Shown piece by piece: positions 48,030 through 62,287 of a stretch of 64,000 bases of DNA. The DNA is from Camelus dromedarius (taxonomy: Eukaryota), in contig NC_087462.1 of the NCBI RefSeq assembly GCF_036321535.1, positions 682,001 to 746,000 of the forward strand, read 5' to 3'. The notes beneath the pieces are model-generated. The model was not told where the DNA came from, ran no database searches, and saw only the letters and a list, made by a program, of their open reading frames with translations. A program made the position numbers and the translations under genes. Within the stretch, counting starts at the first letter, position 1. Each line of letters starts with the position of its first letter.

Positions 48030-48760
48030 CTTTCTGGCTCTGGGCCCCGGGATCTGGGCCAGGCAGGCGGGCTGGAGTCTCTGCCAGGAAGGTCCCACTT
48101 CCGCGCCCCCAGCCGGGCGGCCGCCAGGTGCACGGTCCCGGCCCCCGCCTGGCTGGCCGGGAGGGGGCGGTAATTACGCGGCCCCGGGGTGCCCCCCACG
48201 CGCCTTTCATCCCGGCCACGCCCGTCCCGGGCCCAGACGCTCATTACCGCCTCCCCGCCCGGTCATTAGCTAGGGTCGGGGGAGGATCCGGCGTCCGGCG
48301 GGCCGGACCCTGCGGGGAGGACGGAGGGGGCGGTGCGGGAGCCAGACGGCCCCACTCCCGTCTCCCGGGCAACGCCGGCGAGCGAAAGGGCGGGGCGCCC
48401 AGCCCGGGGATCTTCAGCGGGTTCCTGGGGAAGGGCGTCTTGTGAGGGCGCAGACGGGGACCTCCAGCCTAATCCCCGTCCCGCCGGGCAGGCGGCGTGC
48501 CCCGCGCGTCCGGGCTTCGAATAGCAGCCTCGCCCCCGCCCTCGGCTATTTTGAGTCCCCTCCTCCCACAGCCACCCCAGTGGCACAGGGGCGGGCCTGG
48601 GGGCGGAACGGGGACTCCCTCCCACTCTGGTGCGCTCGACCCCGCCGGCTGCTGGACCGCGGGGCGGAACCGGGAGACCCCGGCCAGGTTGACAGCGGGG
48701 CTGCAGCGCTCTCTTGTGTCCGTCGGGAGAGTGTGTGGCCCTGCGGCAGCGCCAGGGAAA
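48030..48760. promoter_or_regulatory. CpG island about 2.5 kb upstream of CIRBP
   Basis: High CpG density and GC boxes; no attached exon recognised. Confidence 0.5.
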
Positions 48761-50639
48761 GAAGTGATCCCAGGCTCCTGAGAGCCCACCCCCCCCACCC
48801 CGCGGACACAATGTCCTGGTTACACACTGAGTCACCGGGACACCCAGACGTAGGTAACTACAGAAACACAGATACGGATACAGGAAACACACCTGAGATG
48901 CAAGTACACAGTTCCCACAGAATGCCTGGTCCAGGAGTACGTGGGGACAGGTATCCACAGGTATAGATCCACACCATGATGGGAACCCAGACAGTCCTGG
49001 GTTCCCATGGAGGCTGGTACCCAGCAACAGGCTTATAGTAAGTAAACGCCTAGTTACGGTGTACTGGTGGAATGAGTGAATGAACCAGGGCACTGCACAA
49101 AACCAGGAGAAGACAGACTACGAACCACAGAATAGTGAGGGTGGGGGGCAAAGAGTGATGGTGGGACCCCGTGACTGCAGGGAACGCCAGGCCTGAACCA
49201 GCGTCAGGAGCCGCCGACCTGACTCTGCTGGAAGAGCAGAACAGAAGGTGGCGGCGGGGCTACTCCCTGGGCCGTGCGTGCCTCGTCCCAGGCCGCGCCG
49301 TGGGTGCCAGCGGGAAGGGGAGCTGCGTGCTGGTTCTCTCTGCTCCTTTTAATAAGCGCCCTGCGTGAGTGGCTGATGCAGCAGCAGGCTGCTGCTGACG
49401 GGAGCTGTACGGGGGTGGGGGCTATGGCGTAGAGGGACAAGGTGCAGTGAGTCATGAGCTCCTGCCTAGGGGAGGGGGTCCTGAGCCAAAGGTGGGGGTC
49501 CCAGGGACCTTGTCGCAGGAGACAGTGTCCATGCCCACACCCCGACTGCATCAGTCAGCTAGACCCACCCGAGTGTGGCAGCAAGTCTGAGGCCTGGAAC
49601 TTTTCTGGAGTGAGCAGCAAAGTGGGGTCTCTGTTCTCAAATCTCCCTAACTTATGCAGAGGGTCTGCCCTTTGAAGACTTTCTAGGGCAGGGCTTTCTT
49701 GGGTCTGAGCTAGCTTATTCCACCCCATGGAAGGGTCCAGGGCCACAGAAGGTAACATGAGCCAAGGCCTGGGCAAGTAGGAAAGTAGTGGCCACAAGAG
49801 GGGCACCCATAAGGTGGCCTTGGGGATCCGCAGCAGCAGCCTTGGCGGTGAGGATGTCTGAAAAGCTGGTTCTCCTGATAGCAGAGGTCTCCAGAACCCC
49901 CAAAAGCAAAAACATGCAGGGAGAGGAGCTGAGTGGTACTGATACCCCATGGGCAGTGGGTGGGTTCTGGGTGAGCAGAACAGTGTGCTGCTCGGGGCAC
50001 TGGAGGATGTGGTAAAGGGAAGGGGGGCTGGGGCGGAGAGGAGAGGCTGAGCTGAATGTTAGGATAAGAGGGCTGAGCCCAATGGTGGGTCTGAGAGCCC
50101 AGGTCAAGGTCAGCCTGTGGTCTAGTGCTGGGATGCACAAGTGTCTGGCTAGGTGAGTGTTGGGATGTGGGCATGGCACCAGGCAAGCAAAGTCAAGGTT
50201 GGGATGGGAGTTAGGTGTGGATGCAGGCTGGAATTTGTAGGCAAACTGGGTTGGGTGAAGTTGGGGTGCCCCAAAGTTGTTAAGTAGGAAGAATTGGGAT
50301 CATGGTGAATGTTGAGGTCCACAGAAATGGAGCTGTCTCAGTGTTAGGGTCTGGGTGGGCTTTGGGGCAGACCGCGTGAGGTGTATTCAGAAGCGTTGGG
50401 GTTCTGGGAGTTCTGGGGTGTCGGTTATGTTGGCAAGTATATAAGGACTGATGTCAGGGTTCAGATAATTTGGGGTGTCTGAAAACTGGGTCTTAGGTGG
50501 TATGGGGACCTGAGTGAGGTCGGTATATATCGGCAACTGTTGGCGCACAGCGAAGGTCGGGGCTCCAGTGACCCCTGGAGGGTTCCCAAAAGGCTCTGGC
50601 CCCTGGCAACAGCTGCGTGAGCCCTTTGTTCCCCGCCAC

Positions 50640-51010
50640 TGGCCCGGGGCCGGCACATAGAAGTGGGTCAGCCCCGCCCCCGCCGCGCTGCGGCCCCGTT
50701 CCCGCTCGCAATCGGGAGATTGCGGATTCCGCGAGTCTCCGCCAGTCACTGCGCCCGGCGCCCTCGCGCCGGAGGGGGCGGGGCCAGTGTAGGCCCAGCC
50801 TCCCAGCTTATGAATATGAGGCACAACCATGAACTCCAGGGCCGCGGATTGGCTGGCGCAGAGAGAGAGGCGGGCACGGAGGCGGAGCCCGGCGGTGGCG
50901 TACATAAGGCTGGGCGCGGGGCACCCCCCCCATCACTCGCGCGTTAGGAAGCTCGGCTCGTTGTGCTGCGCCGTCTTCCCGCCTGCGCCAGGGACCTGCC
51001 CAACTCAGTG
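50640..51010 (+). promoter_or_regulatory. CIRBP: CIRBP promoter and non-coding exon 1 (about 50930-51010)
   Basis: GC boxes, TATA-like TACATAA 50901-50907, donor GTG|GTGAGG at 51010. Splices to cacag|GCCACCATG at 52062. Confidence 0.8.
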
Positions 51011-52067
51011 GTGAGGGCCCTGGCGGCACCGGCTCCACGGGCCCGGGGCGGCGGGCGGCCTGCGACCGGCCGGACGAGGCGGGGCGGCGGCGGCACGCCC
51101 CTGGGCGGGGGCGGCGCCGGGGCGGGCCCGGGGTGGTGTCTGCCCCGCCGGTGGTGAGGGGTAGCAGAGGCCCGGCCGAGCCGCGGCCGGAGGGCGTCTC
51201 GGGGGCCAGGCCCGCCATGAGCGGGGCGCTGCCGCAAAATGGCGGCCCGGAGCGTGAGGCTGCGCCCAGCGAAATGGCGGGAGCGCCGGGTCCCCGGATG
51301 GCGGGGCGCGGAGCGCATGCGCGGGGCGGGACCGGGGCTCCTCCCCGCTTTCCCGTTGAAGTCGTGCGAGGGCAGCACAGTCCTGGTGCCACCCACTCCC
51401 CGCGCCCCAAGTGTGGGTCCGATTTGCGCGGCTGCAGGTCGTCTTTTGGCCTGTGTTTCGGAGCCATTAGGCGGAGGCCTTCTAGCCCGTCAGGGGTCAG
51501 TCTAAGCACCCTCCCCACATGCCCGCCCCGCATTGACATCCCAGCGTCCAGTCCTCGGCCACCCTGCACAGCGCCCTACAGTGGACCAAGCACTTCGCCA
51601 CCCCGCGCCCCCGTGGCCAGGTTAGGGGTTTGCCCCTTGTTTGCAAAGGACAGAAACCAAGGTTCGCTCAGCCTGTGGCGTTGGTAGCCAATGACTTCCT
51701 TCAGGGTCCAACCCTAAACGTCCCATGAGGGCGCATCCTGGCTGGAGTTTTGGGGCTCCACAGCCAGGGCAGCACTGAGGAACCGCGCTCAGAACCGCGG
51801 TGTGGCCCCACCCCTCAGGGAGCCCCCAGTCTTAGGGGGACAGAGTTGGCCCAAGCACAGAAAAAGGGCAAGGGCCTGAGATGATAAAGGAATTAAGGGC
51901 TTATTTGAATTAAGTTCTGGGTGTAGGCTGGGGATGGTTAAGGAGCAGAAAAGTACTTTTCCATTGTGTCCCCCAGGAGCATATATCGTTTAGAGTGAAG
52001 TAGAGAGGGGTGAGTCTTGAGCCCCAGCAGGACCTCAGGATTTCAATGGTGTTTGCCACAGGCCACC

Positions 52068-53295
<1,228 letters not shown>

Positions 53296-54010
53296 AAATC
53301 CTTCCTGCTCAAGATCGTCCTTCCAATGGCTGTATATTTAAAGATTGTGGGAGCTGCGCTGAATCGTTAATGGTGTAGTGAACACACCTCCTTGTCCCCA
53401 CTTCTGTAGTCTTAATCAGTTCCGATCTTGTCGAACACAGCCTGACTGCTTCTGACCCCCCCATGGCCTCATCACTACACTTTTCTTTTTAAGGAGGCGT
53501 TGTCTGTTTTTAAAAGTTTGCAAAACGTTTTGAAAAGCACTCCAGATCTCACTTTCACCTTTTTACCACGAGCCGTGAGTTGTAGAAAGTCATCAGGGGT
53601 TGTGTGGGTTTTGCTTTGTTTTTGATTCGTTGCCTTGTTTCTCTTTTTGGTTGGTCGGCCCCATGAAGTGGGTGCCCCAAGTCACTTCTCTTTGAGAGAG
53701 ATCCGACTGTGAATCCGCTCTGTCAGAAGCTGAGCACGCTGTGGCTTTTTTCCAACTCCGTGTCACGTTTCTGAGTGTGGGTGGTAGGACCGTCCCGGTG
53801 GCAGTGGCAGAGCTGGGCAGCTCGGCCCGGCCCGTGTGCCCACCTGTGCTGTGTGACCCACGGTAGACTTGCAGACGTCTCCGAGAGGTTCTTGAAAACG
53901 TTTATTTATACCGTCCTTTTTACTGGAAGACGTATGCATATCCCATCCATGTTGTATTTGAAGTGGTTGAGGAATTCTTGTATGCAATTCTCTTTGGCTT
54001 CACGAAGCCG

Positions 54011-54016
54011 ATTAAA
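54011..54016 (+). terminator. CIRBP: CIRBP productive-isoform polyadenylation signal (ATTAAA)
   Basis: ATTAAA at the end of a U-rich 3' UTR. Confidence 0.65.
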
Positions 54017-54480
54017 AGACCATCTGAATGAACCTCGCTCTGACCATCTCCCTTTGATTACACAACACGCTCCCTGCTGCGGGCTCAAGGCAGGCAGGCC
54101 TGAACAGAGAGGGCAGCTTGAGGACTAGGCCTGCCGGTCCCGCCCAAGGCTGCCAAGAGCTAGACAGGGAAGGCAGAGTCAGTGCCCCTGGCCGGGCCCC
54201 CGTGACAGCAGACTGCCACCCGCTCCAGTTAGGTGAGCAGGTGGGTAACGGGAGCGGGCTGCTCGGACGCCAGGGCAGCCCCGGGAGGCTTCTGGCAGTG
54301 GCAGCTGGAGGGCTCGATGGGGTGGGCAGCTTAGCAGGGATGGTGGACATGGGGGCGCCTGACGCTGACCCAGAGCACCTTAGTCTAGAAGCAGGCCGGA
54401 GAGCAGATGCAGGCAGTGTCCCTGGGTGACTACGGACTGACCGACTGGCTCATTAGCTAGCTTTACTGTTGCTTTACAAG

Positions 54481-55675
54481 TTCCAAGCGTTCTCTGCTAG
54501 CCTATGGAAGCTGCAGCCCCTCGGAGGACAGAAGTGTTGTGCGCCCAACAGAAACCTCTGAGATGCAAGCTGCTCCCTGGGCTAGCTCATTTGTGGAGAT
54601 AGTCCTGTAACTCGAGGTAACTCCTTTTGCTCGTCCGCATCCCTCCTGTCAAGAGCTCATTTGAAAGTCACGTACCTGGGGAATGTTCCTTTGACTGTTT
54701 TTTGCTTTTCCATTTTCCTTTTTTTCTTTTTTTTTTTTTAATCAAGCTAGAGCTAAAGGCATTCCCAGCCGTTCGCCCTCCCCCACCTGTGGCCAGGCGA
54801 ACGGCCCGGGAAGTTGTGCCTCTCCAGTAGGTTCGATCTGTAAGCAGGGTTGCAGACCACCTAATGAACACCTTGTCTTTTGAATTTTTTTGTTCGTCAA
54901 TTGTCAATTGACCGTCTTTTCCAGACCTCTTTAAGTCCCATTCCTGACTAGCTCTCTCATGTCTGTTGCCTCCATGAGTTTTCCCTCAGTGCCCACACCA
55001 GTTCTGAGCAGCTCCATCCTGAGTGGTAGCTGGCCCTGCTTAAGAGTGGAAGGTGGCTGGCCCATCTGAAAGGCACAGGCCCATGCTGGCCTGTGGCAGG
55101 GGCTCTCGGGTTGGCTCCAGTGACTAGCTTGAGACCCTCCTAGGAGCTGTGGCCGGTGTTGGGGGAGATGGGGAGGGGCAGCTGTGAGCTCAGCAAGGGT
55201 GTCGGGGTTAACACTCCTCTGTTTTGGCAGGTTGAACAGAAGCTGGTGCAACTCGGAAGGGTGGCCCAAGAGCAGCAATGACCTGGGGTCACTGTCCCAG
55301 GAGGGATGTCACCTGGGAGAGAGAGCTGGAGGCTCAGCTGCCTGCCCTTGCGGCCTGACCCCTGTAAGTGCTCGTGTGGCCCTTGGGCCCTGGCGGTACC
55401 TGGCCCTTGTGGTGGGTTCTCTCCTGGCTGCCTGCCCTGCTGTGCCCCTGGTGGGGGCAGGTGTGTGCCTCCCGCTGGAGCCAGCCCTTTTCTCCCTTCA
55501 CCTCTCCTCTTTCCAGCAGGTGCTTCACCGGCAAGGTTGGGGTGCGGGGCTTCAAGGTGCTCCAGGAAGACGGGTGTATGGTGCTCACATGGTGGCCAGT
55601 CTTCGCCCACCCTTGAGTGTGACAAGACAAATGTGGAAGTCGCATTTAAATAAAGGGATGGTGTGTCCACCCAGT
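54481..55675 (+). other. CIRBP: Candidate CIRBP alternative last exons (54481-54616 and 54925 to about 55675) giving a PTC-containing isoform
   Basis: Acceptor gctttacaag|54481, donor GAG|GTAACT at 54616, acceptor gtcttttccag|54925, AATAAA 55649-55654. Confidence 0.6.
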
Positions 55676-56329
55676 ATTCTTGAGTCTGGTGTAGGGTGAG
55701 GCTGTGGAGGCGGGGGGAGGGGGGCAGGGGGGAGAATCCCTGGAGAAAGGCTCTTCAGGGCTTGAGCTGGATCCAAACCAGGAAGACCACGTGGTCACTT
55801 CATTGTCCCCTTGGGGGGTCTGAGGGACATGGTCAGCCTGAGCTGAGGAAGAGGTGGTCCCCAGAACCCCCCCCCCATCCGAGTTGAGCACATGTCTCTC
55901 CCAGGGTCCAGGTCGAGCTCTTGGCCGAGTGATCCCCCGGCACCTTCCTCTTTGCCGCCTACGGAGCCGACCTTGCTTCCCAGGTTCGTCGCCTCCTGTC
56001 CTGGTCTTGGGGTGCACAGCGTGGGACTGAGCTCTGGGCCCATTACCTCCAGTCCTAGCAGGGCCATGAGATGGCCCTCAGGGAGGGGCAGAGGCAGCGG
56101 GCCACCGTGCTGGTGTCCCCGCAGCCCACGGCGAGTGGGGGCGGGACCACAAGAGTTCCCAGGGCCCAGAGAGGAGGGCGGTTGCAGGGCACGGTCGTGC
56201 CCGCTCCTCCCTCGCGGCCTCCGCCACCTTTGGGCGTTCCCGTGGGGCGGGGGCATTCAGCGGGAAGCGCCGGCTGCTTGCAGCCCGTCGGCCGTCTGTA
56301 GCCGGGAGCCCGGCTCTTGTGACCCGCCC

Positions 56330-58717
<2,388 letters not shown>

Positions 58718-59051
58718 TACTCAGGCCAGGAAGCGGCATTTCCAGTGGCCCCGGGGGAAGGATAAGAGACAGGGCCTGCTCGCAGTGCTGGGAACACCCC
58801 ACCGCTTCTGCCGGCCCAGAGAGCTTGTGTGGGACCTGCCCGGCCCTCCCGAAGCTGCTTTGGCCCTCCAACAAGATGAGACCGCCCAGGATCCCGGGTG
58901 GAAGCCAGAGGGGCCCTGGCAGCCCCACCCTGGACTCTTGAGATCGCCGGGCCAGATTGTGACTGGTGCCGATTGCCCTTTCCACTGGGGACCTGGCAGC
59001 CCCAAGCTGAGGCCTGGTAGCCCTGGGAGCACCTCACCCCCGGCTGGGGAC

Positions 59052-59057
59052 AATAAA
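59052..59057 (+). terminator. FAM174C: FAM174C polyadenylation signal
   Basis: AATAAA about 335 nt after the stop codon. Confidence 0.75.
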
Positions 59058-59556
59058 GGCGGCAGTGCTTCTGTAGCTGGTACCCCACTCCGCAGTGGGC
59101 CAGATCCAGTGTCCTGACTCCCGGGCGAGGGGTGGGCAACAGACATGGGCTCTCTGTGGGCCTCATTTGTCTCACCTGTGACCACCTGGCCCCATGCCCA
59201 GCTGTCCAGAGGGTCCGGTGAGGAATCCCGGGAAGTGGATGGAGAGATGGGGGAGACCTACACCTACTTACCTGGAAAAAGGCCTTGCCAGTCATTGCCT
59301 CTGGGCCTAGAGAGAACAACTCTTCATCCATCAAAGCCCCTGCTCAAGGGCCACCCACTCCATGCTTCCTGCAGCCTGGGGGCTGTCAGGGGCCATGCCC
59401 TCCGGGATCCCTGCCTTACCACGCACACTACAGCTGAGGGGGCGTTTCCCAAGGAGCCTCAGGCTGTAGTGCACACATCTGGAGCTGCCTGCAGACTGAG
59501 AGCCCCTGTGCTGACCCTGTCTCTCCCCTTTCAGCCTCCTGTGGAATCACTGATGA

Positions 59557-59834
59557 ACCTGATCTCCCATCCAGGGCACCTGAGACCTGTACTGGTGCTC
59601 AGGTCTCCGTCCTGGCCACCTGAAATCCATCCCAAGCACTTGAACCCCATTCAGGCACCTGAATCCCATTGGGGCAACCCAACACTCATCGCAGGCACCC
59701 AGTCCCCATCCTGAGCACCTGAGCTCCATCCCTGGTACCTGACCCTCATTAGGGTACCTGACTCCCCATCCCAGGTCCCTGAGTCTCATCAGGATACCTC
59801 AGCTTCCATCCAGGCCACCTCGTCCCCATCCCTC
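59557..59834 (+). repeat. Degenerate minisatellite, unit about 20 bp (YACCTGA-N-CCCATCCAGG), roughly 13-14 copies
   Basis: cacctga/tacctga recurs about every 19-21 bp, each followed by ccatc or cattc. Confidence 0.75.
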
Positions 59835-60639
59835 TTAAGGGGTTTGCTTGATGAGTTCTGCAGGCCTTGTCTCTCAGGCAGAGTCCAGCTCTGGCCTTTT
59901 CCTCTCCACTCCCACCCGCTGTAAGTTTGATCCTGGAAAATAGGAGAGGAGGGGCTGGCACTGGCTGCCCACAGCTTGAGGTCTAGACCAGGCCACTGGC
60001 TGGAGCCACCAAGAGCCTGTAAGTAGGAGGAGCTGTTACTAGGAGCTGCCACCAGGTGGCAGCCTTGTGCCACCTGGCCTCTATCCTGCTGGCCTGTGGT
60101 CCCAGGTGGGGCCTGAGCTAAATCATTGCACAGGTGAGGAAATAGGTCCAGCTGGAACCCCATTTTTAAGAAGTTCTGAGCCCCACCTTGTCCTCATGAC
60201 CACCGTGGATGATCCCAGCCTGCCGCCCACTCTAGGTCTATCAGCCCTCCGGGGCCGTCTACCTTGGAGTCCTGCTGACCCTCCCTGCACAGCCCAGTCC
60301 TCAATCCCTCCCTGCCACCAGGGTGCAGAGGAGCTGTCTCCATCACGGTCAGCTGGTCACCCCTCTCTCCAGCCGGGGTCCTCTGCGCTGGTCTCTGGTC
60401 AGCTTCCTTGGGCATCTCTATTGGCAACCCCAGCACCATCCCGCTCCAAGTCTGCACGTACTTCCTCCCCCCTTACTGGTGCCCAGCTGCCACCTCTAAG
60501 AAGTCCTCCCTGATGCTCCTTCCCTGACCCTGGTTCTTTGGGAGGGTCCTGCACTGAAAGGCCAGCCAGCAGGTCCTCGGAAGTTTGAGGAAGTAAGGCC
60601 AGAGCCCCTGAGAGGCCCCAAGACTTCATCCCCCCGCCC

Positions 60640-60810
60640 TTCAGGCTCTGGTGCTCTCTCCCCATCTGTTCCTCTGTGGGTCTCTCTCAGCGTGTCTCTG
60701 TCTTTATCTGACTCTGAAGCCCTCCTTGCCTCTGTGTCTCTCTCCATCTGCACTGCCTCTTTCAGTCTCCTGTTTCTGTCTGTCCCTCTCTGTCACTTCG
60801 TCTCTCTTCG
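60640..60810. repeat. CT-rich low-complexity tract
   Basis: ctctgtctct-type pyrimidine-rich sequence. Confidence 0.6.
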
Positions 60811-62055
60811 CGTCTGCCCCACTGGGACACGCTTTTTAACAGGCGTGCAGACACTGTCCACCGTCCCCCCACCCTGTGATCTGCGCCCCTTTCCCACAGC
60901 TCTGAGCGATTTCTCGAGCTTCAAAAGGCACATTAATTACTCTAATGAGGTCAGGAGAGACCCTGCGCTCTGCCATCCGGAGCCAGGAACGCACTGCGTG
61001 CCCCTGCAGCCTGGCGCCTCCTGCCCGCCCCCCGCGGGTGGGGAGGGGCGCCCCGCCCGCTTCCCGGCCCCTGCGCCTGTCAGCGGCCGTCAGCGCGCTC
61101 ACCCGCACCCCCGGCATTAGTGTCGGGTAATTGGCAGCCCCCGCCAAGGTTAATGCACTATTAGCAGGAAGTTCTCCGCGGCTAAAAGCCGGGAGAGGGG
61201 CCTGTCAGCACGAGATGAAAGGCCCCGGGTCCCGACTGGCTCGAGGGCCACGTGTTCGTGTACGTGTGCGTGTGCTTGCGAGCCCAGCAGGGGTTACCAG
61301 CACCTTCCTCCACCTCACGCACTCACATATGGGCACAGGCACAAGACGCGGTAGCAAGGACGCGACACAAGCCATCACAGGCGGGATGGACAGAGGACAC
61401 ACAGGCTGACGCAAACATGCCTGCCGCGGGTCCCAAGCCTGTGCAGGGTAGGGGTGCGCGGACCCACAGCCCTGGGCCCTCAAGGCGCTTCCCACCACCT
61501 CTGTTCCCCGCCCCACCCGGGAAAGCCCACGGGGTGCTCAGCAAACCAGACCGGGGTGGGGGGATGGTGACAGGCTGGCTCCTGGGTGGCTTGCTGTGTG
61601 GTTCAGACAGGATCCCGTCCCCAACCTCAGTTCTTCTGGGGAATGGGGCCAGGTGGGGACGGATGAGCTGGACTCCTTGGGCTCCCTAAGGGGGCAACTC
61701 GTGGGGGGCTACTTCGGGCTGGTGGCAGTGGCCAAGGTGAAGTGTCTTCTGTGGAGCTGCCAGGCTCCTCTGCCGGCTCTAATGTAGTCTCAGATGTGGC
61801 CCCAGCACCCAGCAGGACCACCTCCTCCTCACCAGGTATCAGCAAGCTAGGGAGCTGTGCCCTCCCTGGGGTCCCCAGGATCCGCCCCCTGACTCCCCCG
61901 TCCCTGCTGAGGACTCAGTCCCCCGGCACCCCATCTCATCCTCTCTGAGCAGTCTGAGTCACCACCTCCTTCCACATAGCCCTCAACATCTTGGTCCTAG
62001 ACCAGCGTGGCTGTCCAGCAGCACCCCCAGACGTGGCTCCAAGTAGCTCCCAGAA

Positions 62056-62287
62056 CTGTGTTGCCCAGTGCAGTGACCGTGACCAGTGCCACCCAGCATG
62101 GTGACCGTGACTAGCTATTTACCTTTACATTAACTAAAGATAAGTGAAATCTAAACCCAGTTCCTGGTTGCACTGGCCCCGTTTTACATGCTCAGTAGCC
62201 ACGTGGAGCTGGTGCTGGTGCCCGTGTGGGACAGTGTGGATGGGGAATGTTTCCATCCTCTCAGGAAGCTCTTTTGGACAGTAGTGG
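62056..62287. mobile_element. MER3/MER33-like hAT-Charlie MITE
   Basis: cagttcct...gcactgg...tgctcagtagccacgtgg...ggacagtgtggat...aatgtttccatc...ttttggacag, flanked by the hAT target-like gtctagat. Confidence 0.7.

Noticed and set aside
48252-48259. TCCCCGCC as the CIRBP mild-cold responsive element
   Set aside because: A common GC-box variant 2.7 kb from the start site; a single match is uninformative.
47604-49093. His/Thr/Cys-rich and other long ORFs (47681-48445, 48266-49093)
   Set aside because: Products of a CA/TG low-complexity tract and a CpG island.
49000-51800. Orthologue of the human antisense lncRNA CIRBP-AS1
   Set aside because: Expected by synteny only; I could not support any exon or poly(A) structure from the sequence.
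59557-59834. Periodic repeat as a CRISPR-like array
   Set aside because: Eukaryotic context, degenerate units with no unique spacers, and no cas genes.
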